In this document: positions 7,437-15,247 of the stretch, one piece after another
How the letters are laid out: each line of letters starts with the position of its first letter
How positions within the stretch are numbered: the first letter of the stretch is position 1
DNA from: a virus
Taxonomy: Duplodnaviria > Caudoviricetes
Virus record (IMG/VR): IMGVR_UViG_3300021170_000278
Location: 1-24,809 of that record
Strand: one strand, 5' to 3'
Length of the DNA: 24,809 nucleotides
The notes under the pieces: model-generated
Database searches by the model: none
What the model saw: the letters and a program-made list of their open reading frames with translations, nothing else
What the model was told of the DNA's origin: nothing
Position numbers and translations under genes: made by a program

Positions 7437-8216
7437 TCAGCCAAGGCGAAGGTGAACCGAATCTCGTATTAGTCTGGCGCCCGGTACAGACCCAGGCACA
7501 GAGCCAGAGCCGCCGCATGCGCCACACGTGCGAGGCGTCTCAAACATCTCGACATCATCGCCAGTACCCTTGCAAACATTGCACGGGACTTGCTGTTTGA
7601 GCACTGCTCCTATAGCACGCTTGTCAATCGACAATTCGGGAGTCGCGCATCCTTCGGCCAGCAGCATGTATTCCTCGTATTGTTCCCACTGCGCCGCCGG
7701 CATCGTGACCGTCACCATCTTGTAGCCGTCCGGAACAAGCGATGGGTCGGTGACATCCACGCTTGCTGGTGACTTGCACAGCTTCAGTTGCCCGAGTCGG
7801 CCTTTCGCGCGATACAGCACGGTGTTCTGAGTCGCCGCCACGATCGCCGCCGGTTCTACTTTCGCCGCGAGCGCTTCAGCAGCGTCGTGCTTCAGTCGTT
7901 CGAACCGTTCTTCGTTCGCATCCGCGAGTTTCGCCAGGCGCTTCGATTCCGCACGCTGATTCTCAAACCGCCCCTTGAACTCGCGGAGCCCGGCCAGCAC
8001 GCTATCAGCCTGCACCACAGCCTGACGCTTCACGTATTCCGAAATCTGCGCGTCCATCGCCGCTACCGCTGCCGTCTGCTCCGCGCGGCCATCCTCGGTG
8101 ACATGCACCTCTTCGGCGACGTCTTCGCGCATCTGCAAAAGCTCCGCGAGTTCCTGCTCAAGCCCGTACAGCGTCATGTTCGGACGCTCCGAGAGTGTCA
8201 ATCCTGGTGCGCTCAA
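7437..8216 (-). CDS. Siphovirus Gp157-like protein with inserted DnaJ-type zinc finger
   Basis: TLYGL N-terminus, long coiled coil, PASVDVTD..VP..Y, IDKRAI..VLK, VPGARL tail; CNVCKGTG...CGACGGSG insert. Confidence 0.75.
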   Translation of the reverse strand: MSAPGLTLSERPNMTLYGLEQELAELLQMREDVAEEVHVTEDGRAEQTAAVAAMDAQISEYVKRQAVVQADSVLAGLREFKGRFENQRAESKRLAKLADANEERFERLKHDAAEALAAKVEPAAIVAATQNTVLYRAKGRLGQLKLCKSPASVDVTDPSLVPDGYKMVTVTMPAAQWEQYEEYMLLAEGCATPELSIDKRAIGAVLKQQVPCNVCKGTGDDVEMFETPRTCGACGGSGSVPGSVPGARLIRDSVHLRLG

Positions 8217-8467
8217 AATGGCACCTCGATTTCCGGCTCTACAGGAGGATCTACAGGGATGAGTGTGGGGATGTATTCCGCCTTTGGTTCGGCGTTAGCA
8301 CGGTCGGGGATCAGTTCAATTGACGCGCCCGAACTGGTTGACAGCCATTCAATAACCATGTCGGACTCAACGAACGGAACGCCCAGGTCGACGTTTCGCA
8401 GCGCAGCATCAAAGATACCCTTCCTGACTTCCTCTGCTGTCAATTCGATTCGTAGTGTGTGTTTCAT
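8213..8467 (-). CDS. Hypothetical protein with acidic -EVPF tail
   Basis: ATGA coupling on both sides. Confidence 0.75.
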   Translation of the reverse strand: MKHTLRIELTAEEVRKGIFDAALRNVDLGVPFVESDMVIEWLSTSSGASIELIPDRANAEPKAEYIPTLIPVDPPVEPEIEVPF

Positions 8468-8733
8468 TTCGCCACCGCAAAGCTGGAATCAGCCTCGTCC
8501 TTCTGCCGTTGCGCCGCCTTCTCACGTAGCAGTGGATTGAAAAGTGGCTCCGCTGGTTCCTTCGGTTTCAGGTGCGCTTGCACCTTTGTCATTGCATCGT
8601 CGGCAATCTGTGCCGCGCGCTCAGCAGCCTTATCGGGATTCAGGTTCGCGGAGCCGACGAGCGCAGCTTTGAAAAGCTCGTACCACACCTTGTCTTGCTC
8701 AGAAGGGAACATCGTCATCTGTGATTCCTCCAT
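8464..8733 (-). CDS. Hypothetical protein
   Basis: Operonic overlap; helical, W..LFKAAL.G...AAQIAD. Confidence 0.7.
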   Translation of the reverse strand: MEESQMTMFPSEQDKVWYELFKAALVGSANLNPDKAAERAAQIADDAMTKVQAHLKPKEPAEPLFNPLLREKAAQRQKDEADSSFAVAK

Positions 8734-9247
8734 CCCAGCTTGGATCTGTTACCGGAGCGCCGTTCCAGGTCTCTGTGGCCTCGGTCTTACGCTCGCACAC
8801 GCGGATGTAATCGTGCACCGTGAGTTGCGTCATGCCCTTCGGTAGTTTCATGATGCTCGCGATATTGGCGAACACGCCGCCCTCACGTCCTGGGTTGTGC
8901 ACCACGTTTAGCAGTGCTGGCGCCGCGATGAGGTTCTCCAGGTCGAAGCCGCTCAGTTCCTCAGGTGTGAAGGGCCGCCCGCGCCACGACTCGAGATCCT
9001 TCCGCAACGCCGCCTTTTCGTGAAGGCTGAGCGTGTAGCGCTTCTGCACGAGGTACGGCTTGTTATCCGCCATAACTTCCTCGATCTGCCAGACCACGCG
9101 AACCTTGTGCTGCTTCTTTGTTTTCCCGCCAAAGGTCACCTCGAGCACGCCGAGATCGACCACGTCACAACACACCGCCGGATGCACACCTGCGGGCGCC
9201 GGAATGAAATCACGGTTGCTGCTCGATTCCTTAGCAATGATCGGCAC
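8699..9247 (-). CDS. Phage SSB-like protein (resembles NGO0469 family)
   Basis: PAGVHPAVC..VVDLG, KRYTLSLHEKAALRKDLESWRG, FDLENLI, acidic DDDVPF C-terminus; AAGGAGG SD before GTG. Confidence 0.75.
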   Translation of the reverse strand: MPIIAKESSSNRDFIPAPAGVHPAVCCDVVDLGVLEVTFGGKTKKQHKVRVVWQIEEVMADNKPYLVQKRYTLSLHEKAALRKDLESWRGRPFTPEELSGFDLENLIAAPALLNVVHNPGREGGVFANIASIMKLPKGMTQLTVHDYIRVCERKTEATETWNGAPVTDPSWDGGITDDDVPF

Positions 9248-9401
9248 TTTCTGCCTCCTTCGCGCGGGCGATACCGCGCTGATAATCTAACATCCTCTGT
9301 TCACGTTCAAACTCAGTAGAAGCTTGCTGCGCGAGGTTCCATGAAAACTGTGCCCACTTCAGCCAAGGCAGGGCTAGAGCATTCTGTCGTGTATCAGCCA
9401 C
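9231..9401 (-). CDS. Hypothetical protein (56 aa, not in track)
   Basis: GGAGG SD, GTG start: MADTRQNALALPWLKWAQFSWNLAQQASTEFEREQRMLDYQRGIARAKEAESADHC*. Confidence 0.6.
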   Translation of the reverse strand: MADTRQNALALPWLKWAQFSWNLAQQASTEFEREQRMLDYQRGIARAKEAESADHC

Positions 9402-9552
9402 GGACTTTTACCTCCTGGGTTTTGCAGATGGCTTCATCGGCCACGCGGTGGATATCGCGCAGCGTTTCGATCGGATCGTAAACCTCCGGATCGTTGCTCT
9501 CGACGGCGCTGCGGATGCGACGCAGCACTTCGACCAATTCATCTACGGTCAT
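9394..9552 (-). CDS. Hypothetical protein (52 aa, not in track)
   Basis: GGAGGT SD, ATG: MTVDELVEVLRRIRSAVESNDPEVYDPIETLRDIHRVADEAICKTQEVKVRG*. Confidence 0.65.
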   Translation of the reverse strand: MTVDELVEVLRRIRSAVESNDPEVYDPIETLRDIHRVADEAICKTQEVKVRG

Positions 9553-9553
9553 T

Positions 9554-9760
9554 TCACTTCACCTCCGGATGCCGCCACAGGCCGGTGTCTTTCGCCCGCG
9601 CTACTGCTTCGTTCATCTCCGCAATCGCCCGCTCATCCGTTGAACGGTGATCACCCGGCGCTGCTGGCGGGATGCGCCGCGATGCCGGGTAGTTGTGCTC
9701 TGTGTTCATGTCGCTGATGCCTGGGCCAGGGTTGTGTACGTATGCCATTTCTGTTCTCAT
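9554..9760 (-). CDS. Hypothetical protein (68 aa)
   Basis: ATG 8 nt after the -10 of the box-4 promoter. Confidence 0.65.
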   Translation of the reverse strand: MRTEMAYVHNPGPGISDMNTEHNYPASRRIPPAAPGDHRSTDERAIAEMNEAVARAKDTGLWRHPEVK

Positions 9761-9768
9761 CTGACACC

Positions 9769-9797
9769 AGTATAGGACTTGCGCAACTCGCGTGCAA
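9769..9797 (-). promoter_or_regulatory. Promoter with operator box 4 (9775-9789) in the spacer, leaderless
   Basis: Minus strand TTGCAC-GCGAGTTGCGCAAGTCC(17)-TATACT-8nt-ATG(9760). Confidence 0.85.
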
Positions 9798-9834
9798 GAG
9801 GGAAATCGCCTTAGATTCAAGCGTTACGAAAGTA

Positions 9835-10005
9835 CTACCACCACGCCCATAGAAAGTTGCGCAGCTTTCGCGCCGGGTCTATTTCGCCGCCCCGGCGCTG
9901 CTGTCTATCCTGCATTTGCCGTGCGATTCGCTGCAATCGCCGTTTGAACGCCGCCACACCGCGCGCACGACCGAATGGGGACGGCTTGTGAACTGTGCGA
10001 CTCAT
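9835..10005 (-). CDS. Small basic protein (56 aa, not in track)
   Basis: ATGA coupling: MSRTVHKPSPFGRARGVAAFKRRLQRIARQMQDRQQRRGGEIDPARKLRNFLWAWW*. Confidence 0.65.
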   Translation of the reverse strand: MSRTVHKPSPFGRARGVAAFKRRLQRIARQMQDRQQRRGGEIDPARKLRNFLWAWW

Positions 10006-10199
10006 ACGAGGTTTTCGAGCCAGCGCTCCGAAGCCGCAAGCGTTCGCAGGTACGACGCAGCTTCAAGTGCGCCTTCCGGCGTCAGGTCGTGGATGTCGAG
10101 CAGGTGGTCGTCGCCAGCTACCAGGCGAGCAATATAGAGGAGATCGGCCGGCGTTGCGCCGACAGCGCGGGCGAGGGATTGCAGTTCGCTCGTGTCCAT
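10002..10199 (-). CDS. Hypothetical protein (65 aa)
   Basis: MDTSELQSLARAVG...; protein-like helical composition, coupled to the next gene. Confidence 0.6.
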   Translation of the reverse strand: MDTSELQSLARAVGATPADLLYIARLVAGDDHLLDIHDLTPEGALEAASYLRTLAASERWLENLV

Positions 10200-10383
10200 G
10201 ATGGCATCCTGCCGTGATCCGCGATTCTGCAGCCCCGACGCGCTCTCTGATGTATCGGCGCTCGTTCGCGAGCGCGACGTCAATCTCCGCGAGTAATTCG
10301 CGCGCCGTATCGTGCGGCACCTCCAGCGTTTCGCCACGCCCCGACGTCTCCACAAACTGGCGTAGCTCTTCTATCCGGCTCAT
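10063..10383 (-). CDS. Hypothetical protein
   Basis: ATGA coupling to the RHH gene; the C-terminal ~45 codons overlap the next gene and look like off-frame read-through. Confidence 0.55.
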   Translation of the reverse strand: MSRIEELRQFVETSGRGETLEVPHDTARELLAEIDVALANERRYIRERVGAAESRITAGCHHGHERTAIPRPRCRRNAGRSPLYCSPGSWRRPPARHPRPDAGRRT

Positions 10384-10634
10384 GCCGCGCGGCCCTTTCT
10401 CCGCTGCCCTGGTCTCACCCACAGGCGCCTGTTCGTTTCCGGCCGCGCATCAGGCTCTAGCGCTTCTGCAATGTCTGGATCCTTCGCGACCGCGGCCAGC
10501 CACACACGCACAGCTTGGGAGACGATGGCCCCAATGGTGGCTCGCGCCTGTTTGGCGACCGCGGCCATTTGTTGATGCACCTCGGGAGCCACCATACCCG
10601 AGACTTTGACATGCGACTTTGACGTGCGCTTCAT
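10380..10634 (-). CDS. Ribbon-helix-helix (CopG/Arc-like) transcription regulator, 84 aa
   Basis: KVSGMVAPEVHQQMAAVAKQARATIGAIVSQAVRVWL fits strand-helix-helix RHH spacing. ATG 10634 lies 8 nt after a -10. Confidence 0.7.
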   Translation of the reverse strand: MKRTSKSHVKVSGMVAPEVHQQMAAVAKQARATIGAIVSQAVRVWLAAVAKDPDIAEALEPDARPETNRRLWVRPGQRRKGRAA

Positions 10635-10642
10635 ATGTGCTG

Positions 10643-10675
10643 ATTCTACTGCACATCTGAGATTCGCGCAAGTCC
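10643..10675 (-). promoter_or_regulatory. Promoter with degenerate operator box 5 (10661-10675), leaderless
   Basis: TTGCGC-17nt-TAGAAT-8nt-ATG; box GATTCGCGCAAGTCC has 2 mismatches. Confidence 0.8.
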
Positions 10676-10849
10676 TAGCCCAGCAGCCCGACGTGCCTGT
10701 AGCCGTTTGCGTGCCCTCTCGCGCTCTCGCAACAGACATCGAGGGCATACCGCTGTCGACTCTGGTGCGCGCGGTTCCCTCCCGCAGATCGTGCAGAGTC
10801 CTTTCGCTTGGCGGTCAATGCGCTGCTGGCGGGCTTGCTCGGCGATCAT
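10646..10849 (-). CDS. Small C4 zinc-finger protein
   Basis: GLCTICG...CPRC followed by an Arg-rich helix; ATGA coupling to the collagen gene. Confidence 0.7.
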   Translation of the reverse strand: MIAEQARQQRIDRQAKGLCTICGREPRAPESTAVCPRCLLRERERARKRLQARRAAGLGLARISDVQ

Positions 10850-11433
10850 TTCCAGCGCGAATCAGCCAATGTCATGGTGAAATTAGCGCCGCCGCCGCCC
10901 CACTGGTGATGACCGTTGAGAAATCGTAGCGTCTTAGTGGCAATGTCGAACGTGTACGATGTTGGGCCCAGGCGCGTACCGCGATCGTAGACGCCGAGCA
11001 CCTCTACCACCGTAGCGTTTGCAGGAATGCCACAATCGAACAGTACGCCGTCGGGCAGTTTCGTGTTGCCGGCGGATTTGTCGACGCACTCAAATGACCT
11101 GACGTAATTCCAACCGTCTCCGCTACCGCCGCCCCCACTACCGGCCGGACCTTGTGGTCCCATCGGGCCTGCTGCACCACTGGGTCCGGGCAGTCCGGCG
11201 TCGCCCTTATCGCCCTTCGGACCAGGAGGCCCGATGGGACCTTGCGGCCCTACTGGCCCTTGCGGACCAGGCGGTCCTTGCGTCTCGCCAGTTTGTGGTT
11301 GAGGCTGAGGTTGATTGAGTGGTACGCAGATCGAGGCGAAGGGCACGCCGCGCTGGACGCAGAACATTCCGGTGATATTCGGAACCTGAGCTGAAGCCGA
11401 AACAATGGCGAGTAGCGCAATTCCGTAACGCAT
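10846..11433 (-). CDS. Signal-peptide-bearing collagen-like fibre protein
   Basis: [15 protein letters not shown]|Q; about 15 uninterrupted Gly-X-Y triplets; 4 Cys; beta-rich C-terminal domain. Confidence 0.85.
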   Translation of the reverse strand: MRYGIALLAIVSASAQVPNITGMFCVQRGVPFASICVPLNQPQPQPQTGETQGPPGPQGPVGPQGPIGPPGPKGDKGDAGLPGPSGAAGPMGPQGPAGSGGGGSGDGWNYVRSFECVDKSAGNTKLPDGVLFDCGIPANATVVEVLGVYDRGTRLGPTSYTFDIATKTLRFLNGHHQWGGGGANFTMTLADSRWK

Positions 11434-11439
11434 GCTCCA

Positions 11440-11464
11440 AGTGTACACCCAAATAGTGTAGAAT
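11440..11464. promoter_or_regulatory. Divergent pair of -10 elements for leaderless starts
   Basis: Minus GTG-TACACT-6nt-ATG(11433); plus GTG-TAGAAT-6nt-ATG(11471). The 37-nt gap has no SD. Confidence 0.65.
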
Positions 11465-11470
11465 CAGTCC

Positions 11471-11830
11471 ATGCAATTCAAGCGCTTGCTCCTGTTTCTT
11501 GCCGCGCTCTGGCTTTCGTGCTTTGCGGCCGTCACTCCTACCAGCATGGCCGACATCTCAGGTGATGGTAACGCTCACGCAATCGCCGCCTCTGGCTTTG
11601 CACGCATGATTATCTTCGTGTGCAAATCGACCAACACCAGCGCCGTGCTGATCGGTGATTCAACGATTGCCACAGGCACCGGGCTGCCTTGCGCCCCGGG
11701 TGGCTCAGTGACGCTGCCGGCGATGCCTCAAGGCGCTGCAGTACAGGATACGGGGTATCAGCTTAGCACTTGGTTTTACCTGATTCAGTCGGGTGACAAG
11801 TTGAGCATCTTGAGGTTCAACCAGCAATGA
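11471..11830 (+). CDS. Signal-peptide-bearing small beta-sandwich protein (decoration-like)
   Basis: MQFKRLLLFLAALWLSCFA|A; N...V.IGDS.....G.P..PGGSVTL pattern; 2 Cys in the mature part. Confidence 0.75.
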   Translation: MQFKRLLLFLAALWLSCFAAVTPTSMADISGDGNAHAIAASGFARMIIFVCKSTNTSAVLIGDSTIATGTGLPCAPGGSVTLPAMPQGAAVQDTGYQLSTWFYLIQSGDKLSILRFNQQ

Positions 11831-12675
11831 AACGCGCACTGTTGTTGTTGCTGATGCCGCTCTGCTGGGCGCAGTACTCGCCGCCCTTGGCCACGCTGCC
11901 GCTCTCGATCGCGAATGGTGGCACAGGTTCAGCAACCGGCCACGCCGCGGACGCCCCTTGGCTCTGTGCTCCTACGAGTGCGTCGGGTACCACGTACACA
12001 TGTACCCCGACTACGCTAAGCGGTGCAGCTATTCCGTTGTCATTGCGACAAGCACCCGTCAACGGGCAACAGATGATTTTCGTTCCAGATGTCAACTCAA
12101 CCGGAAATGTCACTATACAAATCGACGGAGTGAACAACCGGAGCTTGTGCAAGCAATATGGAAATTGTGCCGCCGCTGGGTTCGGAGCCGGGAGGATCGG
12201 GAATGGGGACATATCTGGCGGTGGCTCGTATCCACTATTTTTTTATTCCACGACCAATCGATGGATCGTAGTGACCACAGTTGTTGCTGCCGGGTCCGGT
12301 ATCGCGTTTGGGGGAACGTTCTTCAGCCCAAGCATAGGTTTAGACTCAACCCAGTTAGGAACGCTCGCGGGCTTTCAGTCAGGTGGCACAAAGTTCACGA
12401 CTTCGGGAGCGGGCTGCACTGTCACTGGCACCGCGGGCGGTGCGACGGCGGGCAGTTTCACAACGTCCACAACAGGCACCTGCACCACAACGATCACCAT
12501 GAACGGAGCCACCGGCCTTGCTGCAAATACCGGCTGGGTGTGTTCGGGTGGCGATATCACCTCGGGCCATCTGGCGAACCTCCTCAACGCATCCGGAGGC
12601 AGCACGACAACCGCAGTGCTTCAGGTGGCAACAACGTCGGGCGATACAGTCGCTTTTTCCTGCGGAGCATATTGA
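11827..12675 (+). CDS. Signal-peptide-bearing tail-fibre-like protein
   Basis: MKRALLLLLMPLCWA|Q; LSIANGGTG fibre motif; Thr/Gly-rich C-terminal module ending FSCGAY; 8 Cys in the mature part. Confidence 0.75.
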   Translation: MKRALLLLLMPLCWAQYSPPLATLPLSIANGGTGSATGHAADAPWLCAPTSASGTTYTCTPTTLSGAAIPLSLRQAPVNGQQMIFVPDVNSTGNVTIQIDGVNNRSLCKQYGNCAAAGFGAGRIGNGDISGGGSYPLFFYSTTNRWIVVTTVVAAGSGIAFGGTFFSPSIGLDSTQLGTLAGFQSGGTKFTTSGAGCTVTGTAGGATAGSFTTSTTGTCTTTITMNGATGLAANTGWVCSGGDITSGHLANLLNASGGSTTTAVLQVATTSGDTVAFSCGAY

Positions 12676-12676
12676 C

Positions 12677-12931
12677 ATGATTCCCATTCTCGACTTATCC
12701 GGTCTCACTGCAAACGTGATTACAGCGGTCACTGCCTCAGGCATTGCTCCGGAGCTCGCGAGCTTTGTTGTCACTCGCCTCAACGTACTCCCGAGCGGTA
12801 GCTATGCTCGCATCAAAGTATTCGATGAAACAGAGGATTATAGCAGCGAAGAATCCTGCCCTGTGGTCGCCACGAATATCAGTAGCCGTCAGACCAGGAT
12901 TGAAGTAACCCAAATCCCACAGCCGCTCTAA
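12677..12931 (+). CDS. Hypothetical protein (84 aa)
   Basis: GGAG SD, ATG 1 nt after the upstream stop; MIPILDLSGLTANV... Confidence 0.6.
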   Translation: MIPILDLSGLTANVITAVTASGIAPELASFVVTRLNVLPSGSYARIKVFDETEDYSSEESCPVVATNISSRQTRIEVTQIPQPL

Positions 12932-14403
12932 ACCGCTCGTCGCAACGCCACAACACCTAGAGCGCTCAAGCCACCGAACATCAGAAGCGAGAACGTAAAC
13001 CCTTTTGTACTGCCGCCGCCCGCTGGGTCCTGATGCCGCAATGCGTTCACATCGTCATACGTGTTCGCTGCGAGTCCAGCCGGTGTGAGTGGATACGCCG
13101 CGTTCTTCAGCGACGCACCACCACCCGCTGTCGAGTTGAGCGAGAAGTCACCTGTCGATCCGCTGGTGAACGGGTCAGCGCTCAGCGTGATCTCACCCGG
13201 CCCCGCTGGGATGTTGGTGTGATCGTGCTGGTTATTCCCAAAGGCGCAGTTTCGCATGTAGGTCTGACTGCTCGCCGCGTTGATTGCTACAGCAGTGCCC
13301 GCCGAGATTCCGTAGAACACGCAGTTGACGAGAGACAGGTACCCGTTGGCGTTTAAGTTGACCGCTGAGCTTGCGCTGGAGGTATACCACACCGAGTGCT
13401 GAGCCACAAAGGACAAATTGCCGTTTGCGGTGTAAAAGACACTCTGATGCGTGTAACCCTTAAAAATCGAGCGATCAACCGCAATCGTGGTCCCGGCAGA
13501 GATGTTCGGGCATGCGATGTCTGTATAATTCGCGTGGAAATACCCACGGTCCACAACGATAGGCCCGGTATTTGTGATCGCAGCACGGCCGTGATTAATG
13601 CCATTATTTGTAAACTCGGAGTTCCACGCGGTCACCGTTCGAAACGCTGTGCTCACATCAGAGCCGCCCTCGATGCACGAGTATCCCCAGCCTGCGCAAT
13701 AGAAGTTGGCAACGTAGATGTTCGCCGCGGCCGACGTCGAGATGCCCGAGTGATCGGAAGAGACCGTGATAGTGAACCCGATGTTGTCCAGGAACGCCAC
13801 CGTGCTTGAGCCGCCGGTGTGCATCCCGTCTATGTTGCTCGCGGTGGTGATGAGCGGCTGCGCGCCGTAATCGTTATGAGCTGTCTGGTAGCCGCGCAGA
13901 GTGAACTGCACGTTCGGCATTACGAGCGTACTCGTGAATGTGTACGTGGCGCTCTTGAGGTGGGCGATGTTCTGATTGACCATCAACGTGAAAACCTTCG
14001 CCGGTGTTGCGAGACCGCCGCCCAGGTTGCCCGTGCAGGTGCTGGCGCCCGTCCCTACGCTACGGTCCATCGTTGCCGTGACGCCCGCCACAGAGAGCAC
14101 CTCGTACCACCCGAGCGTGCAGCCTGCACCGCCCGTGATGTTGATTACGTTGCCCGGGTGTGTCGCTCCAAAAGCGTGCGCGGCGCTCGTGAGCTGCGTA
14201 GTCGTTCCACCGATCACCAGGTCTGTGTAGGCTTGCTGCGCAGCGTCCTGCGTCGAGAAGTCTGTACCAGGCGCGGAGACGGTGTTGTCGAATCCGCCGC
14301 CCGAAGTATCGCTTCCGGTTGAGCGAACATCCCACTGCATGCCGGCTTGAATCGCGGCGAAGCACGGCACGCACAGAGCGGCCGCGACAATGAACTTAAT
14401 CAT
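12928..14403 (-). CDS. Signal-peptide-bearing right-handed beta-helix (tailspike/pectin-lyase-like) protein with C-terminal TM anchor
   Basis: MIKFIVAAALCVPCFA|AI; Asn/Ser/Thr-rich beta-helix-like repeats, DPF....GDFSLN motif; ends FSLLMFGGLSALGVVALRRAV. ATG 14403 by ATGA coupling. Confidence 0.75.
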   Translation of the reverse strand: MIKFIVAAALCVPCFAAIQAGMQWDVRSTGSDTSGGGFDNTVSAPGTDFSTQDAAQQAYTDLVIGGTTTQLTSAAHAFGATHPGNVINITGGAGCTLGWYEVLSVAGVTATMDRSVGTGASTCTGNLGGGLATPAKVFTLMVNQNIAHLKSATYTFTSTLVMPNVQFTLRGYQTAHNDYGAQPLITTASNIDGMHTGGSSTVAFLDNIGFTITVSSDHSGISTSAAANIYVANFYCAGWGYSCIEGGSDVSTAFRTVTAWNSEFTNNGINHGRAAITNTGPIVVDRGYFHANYTDIACPNISAGTTIAVDRSIFKGYTHQSVFYTANGNLSFVAQHSVWYTSSASSAVNLNANGYLSLVNCVFYGISAGTAVAINAASSQTYMRNCAFGNNQHDHTNIPAGPGEITLSADPFTSGSTGDFSLNSTAGGGASLKNAAYPLTPAGLAANTYDDVNALRHQDPAGGGSTKGFTFSLLMFGGLSALGVVALRRAV

Positions 14404-14705
14404 GGCTTGCATAACACTCTCTTTCTATGTCTGGGCCTCGCCTCGCGTTCGGCCATTGCTTCCGCGACCGTGTAAATAAGATGCTCCATTAATCTACGAC
14501 AGCGATCGTCAAAGTCTGAGAACTCTTCCTCTATCGGGCAATGAGCCCGAATCTTCTTAAACTCTGTTGCGGTAGCAGCAAGCAACGCCGAAAATATAAC
14601 GAGTGGCTTGTCTTTCCCGATAGCGTCACAGATGCGGCGCAACACAACAGTAGACTGTTGGGCTAATTCCCTGCGGTATTTGTAGGTGTTGTCTACATAC
14701 TCCAT
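14400..14705 (-). CDS. Hypothetical cytoplasmic protein (101 aa), lower GC than its flanks
   Basis: TGATG coupling upstream and ATGA downstream; MEYVDNTYKYRRELAQQ... Confidence 0.7.
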   Translation of the reverse strand: MEYVDNTYKYRRELAQQSTVVLRRICDAIGKDKPLVIFSALLAATATEFKKIRAHCPIEEEFSDFDDRCRRLMEHLIYTVAEAMAEREARPRHRKRVLCKP

Positions 14706-15247
14706 CACTTCACCTCCAACTTGACTGACAACCAAGTGAATGTAGCAGGCGAGCTCAGCGCAAAGCATATCACCGTATCGGCCGACAGCGCCGTTGTCCA
14801 GCCGGTCAACGTGGTGTCCTTCAGTTTTGTGACGCCCGTCGCCACTTCGCCGCCGCCTGTGATGTCGGACGACGAACCCGGCCCGGTATACGACGTGTAC
14901 GAGACGGTCTGCACTTTGATCGTGGCGTTTCCGGAGACGTCGCCGACCAGCGAGAATTGCTTGATGGTTCCTGAGTACGTGATGGGCGCTGCGCATCGCG
15001 TGATAGCTGTGAGTGCGGAGCCGCCGCCGTCGAAGAACACGCCGGGTTCATGGATGGTTGGCGCGGAGCCGCCGTCGATGATATTGCCCTTGGCGTCAAA
15101 GGTGGCGATGTCTCCGGGTGTGCTGGATCCAGTGAACATCTGGAACTGTCGGCCGTCTCCATTTCGATCAGCCGCGCGGATCATGTCGTAGGTTATATTG
15201 CCGCGTGCAGCGAACAAGAGAAGTGTTGACCAAATTAGAAAGCTCAT
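14705..15247 (-). CDS. Tail-associated beta protein with hydrophobic N-terminal leader
   Basis: MSFLIWSTLLLFA leader; PGDIATFDAKGNIIDGG fibre-type repeat; jelly-roll-like C-terminal domain; 2 Cys. Confidence 0.7.
   Translation of the reverse strand: MSFLIWSTLLLFAARGNITYDMIRAADRNGDGRQFQMFTGSSTPGDIATFDAKGNIIDGGSAPTIHEPGVFFDGGGSALTAITRCAAPITYSGTIKQFSLVGDVSGNATIKVQTVSYTSYTGPGSSSDITGGGEVATGVTKLKDTTLTGWTTALSADTVICFALSSPATFTWLSVKLEVK

Noticed and set aside
11471-11530. Lipoprotein signal (WLSC)
   Set aside because: Poor lipobox (-3 is Trp); cleavage after CFA fits signal peptidase I better, though SignalP should confirm.
275-12930. Genome-wide TAG reassignment
   Set aside because: TAG terminates terL, the methyltransferase and several other genes at sensible ends; only one internal TAG was found.
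14705-14996. N-terminal half of track ORF 14400..14996
   Set aside because: Off-frame overlap with the 180-aa gene; the coupled ATG at 14705 is the better start.
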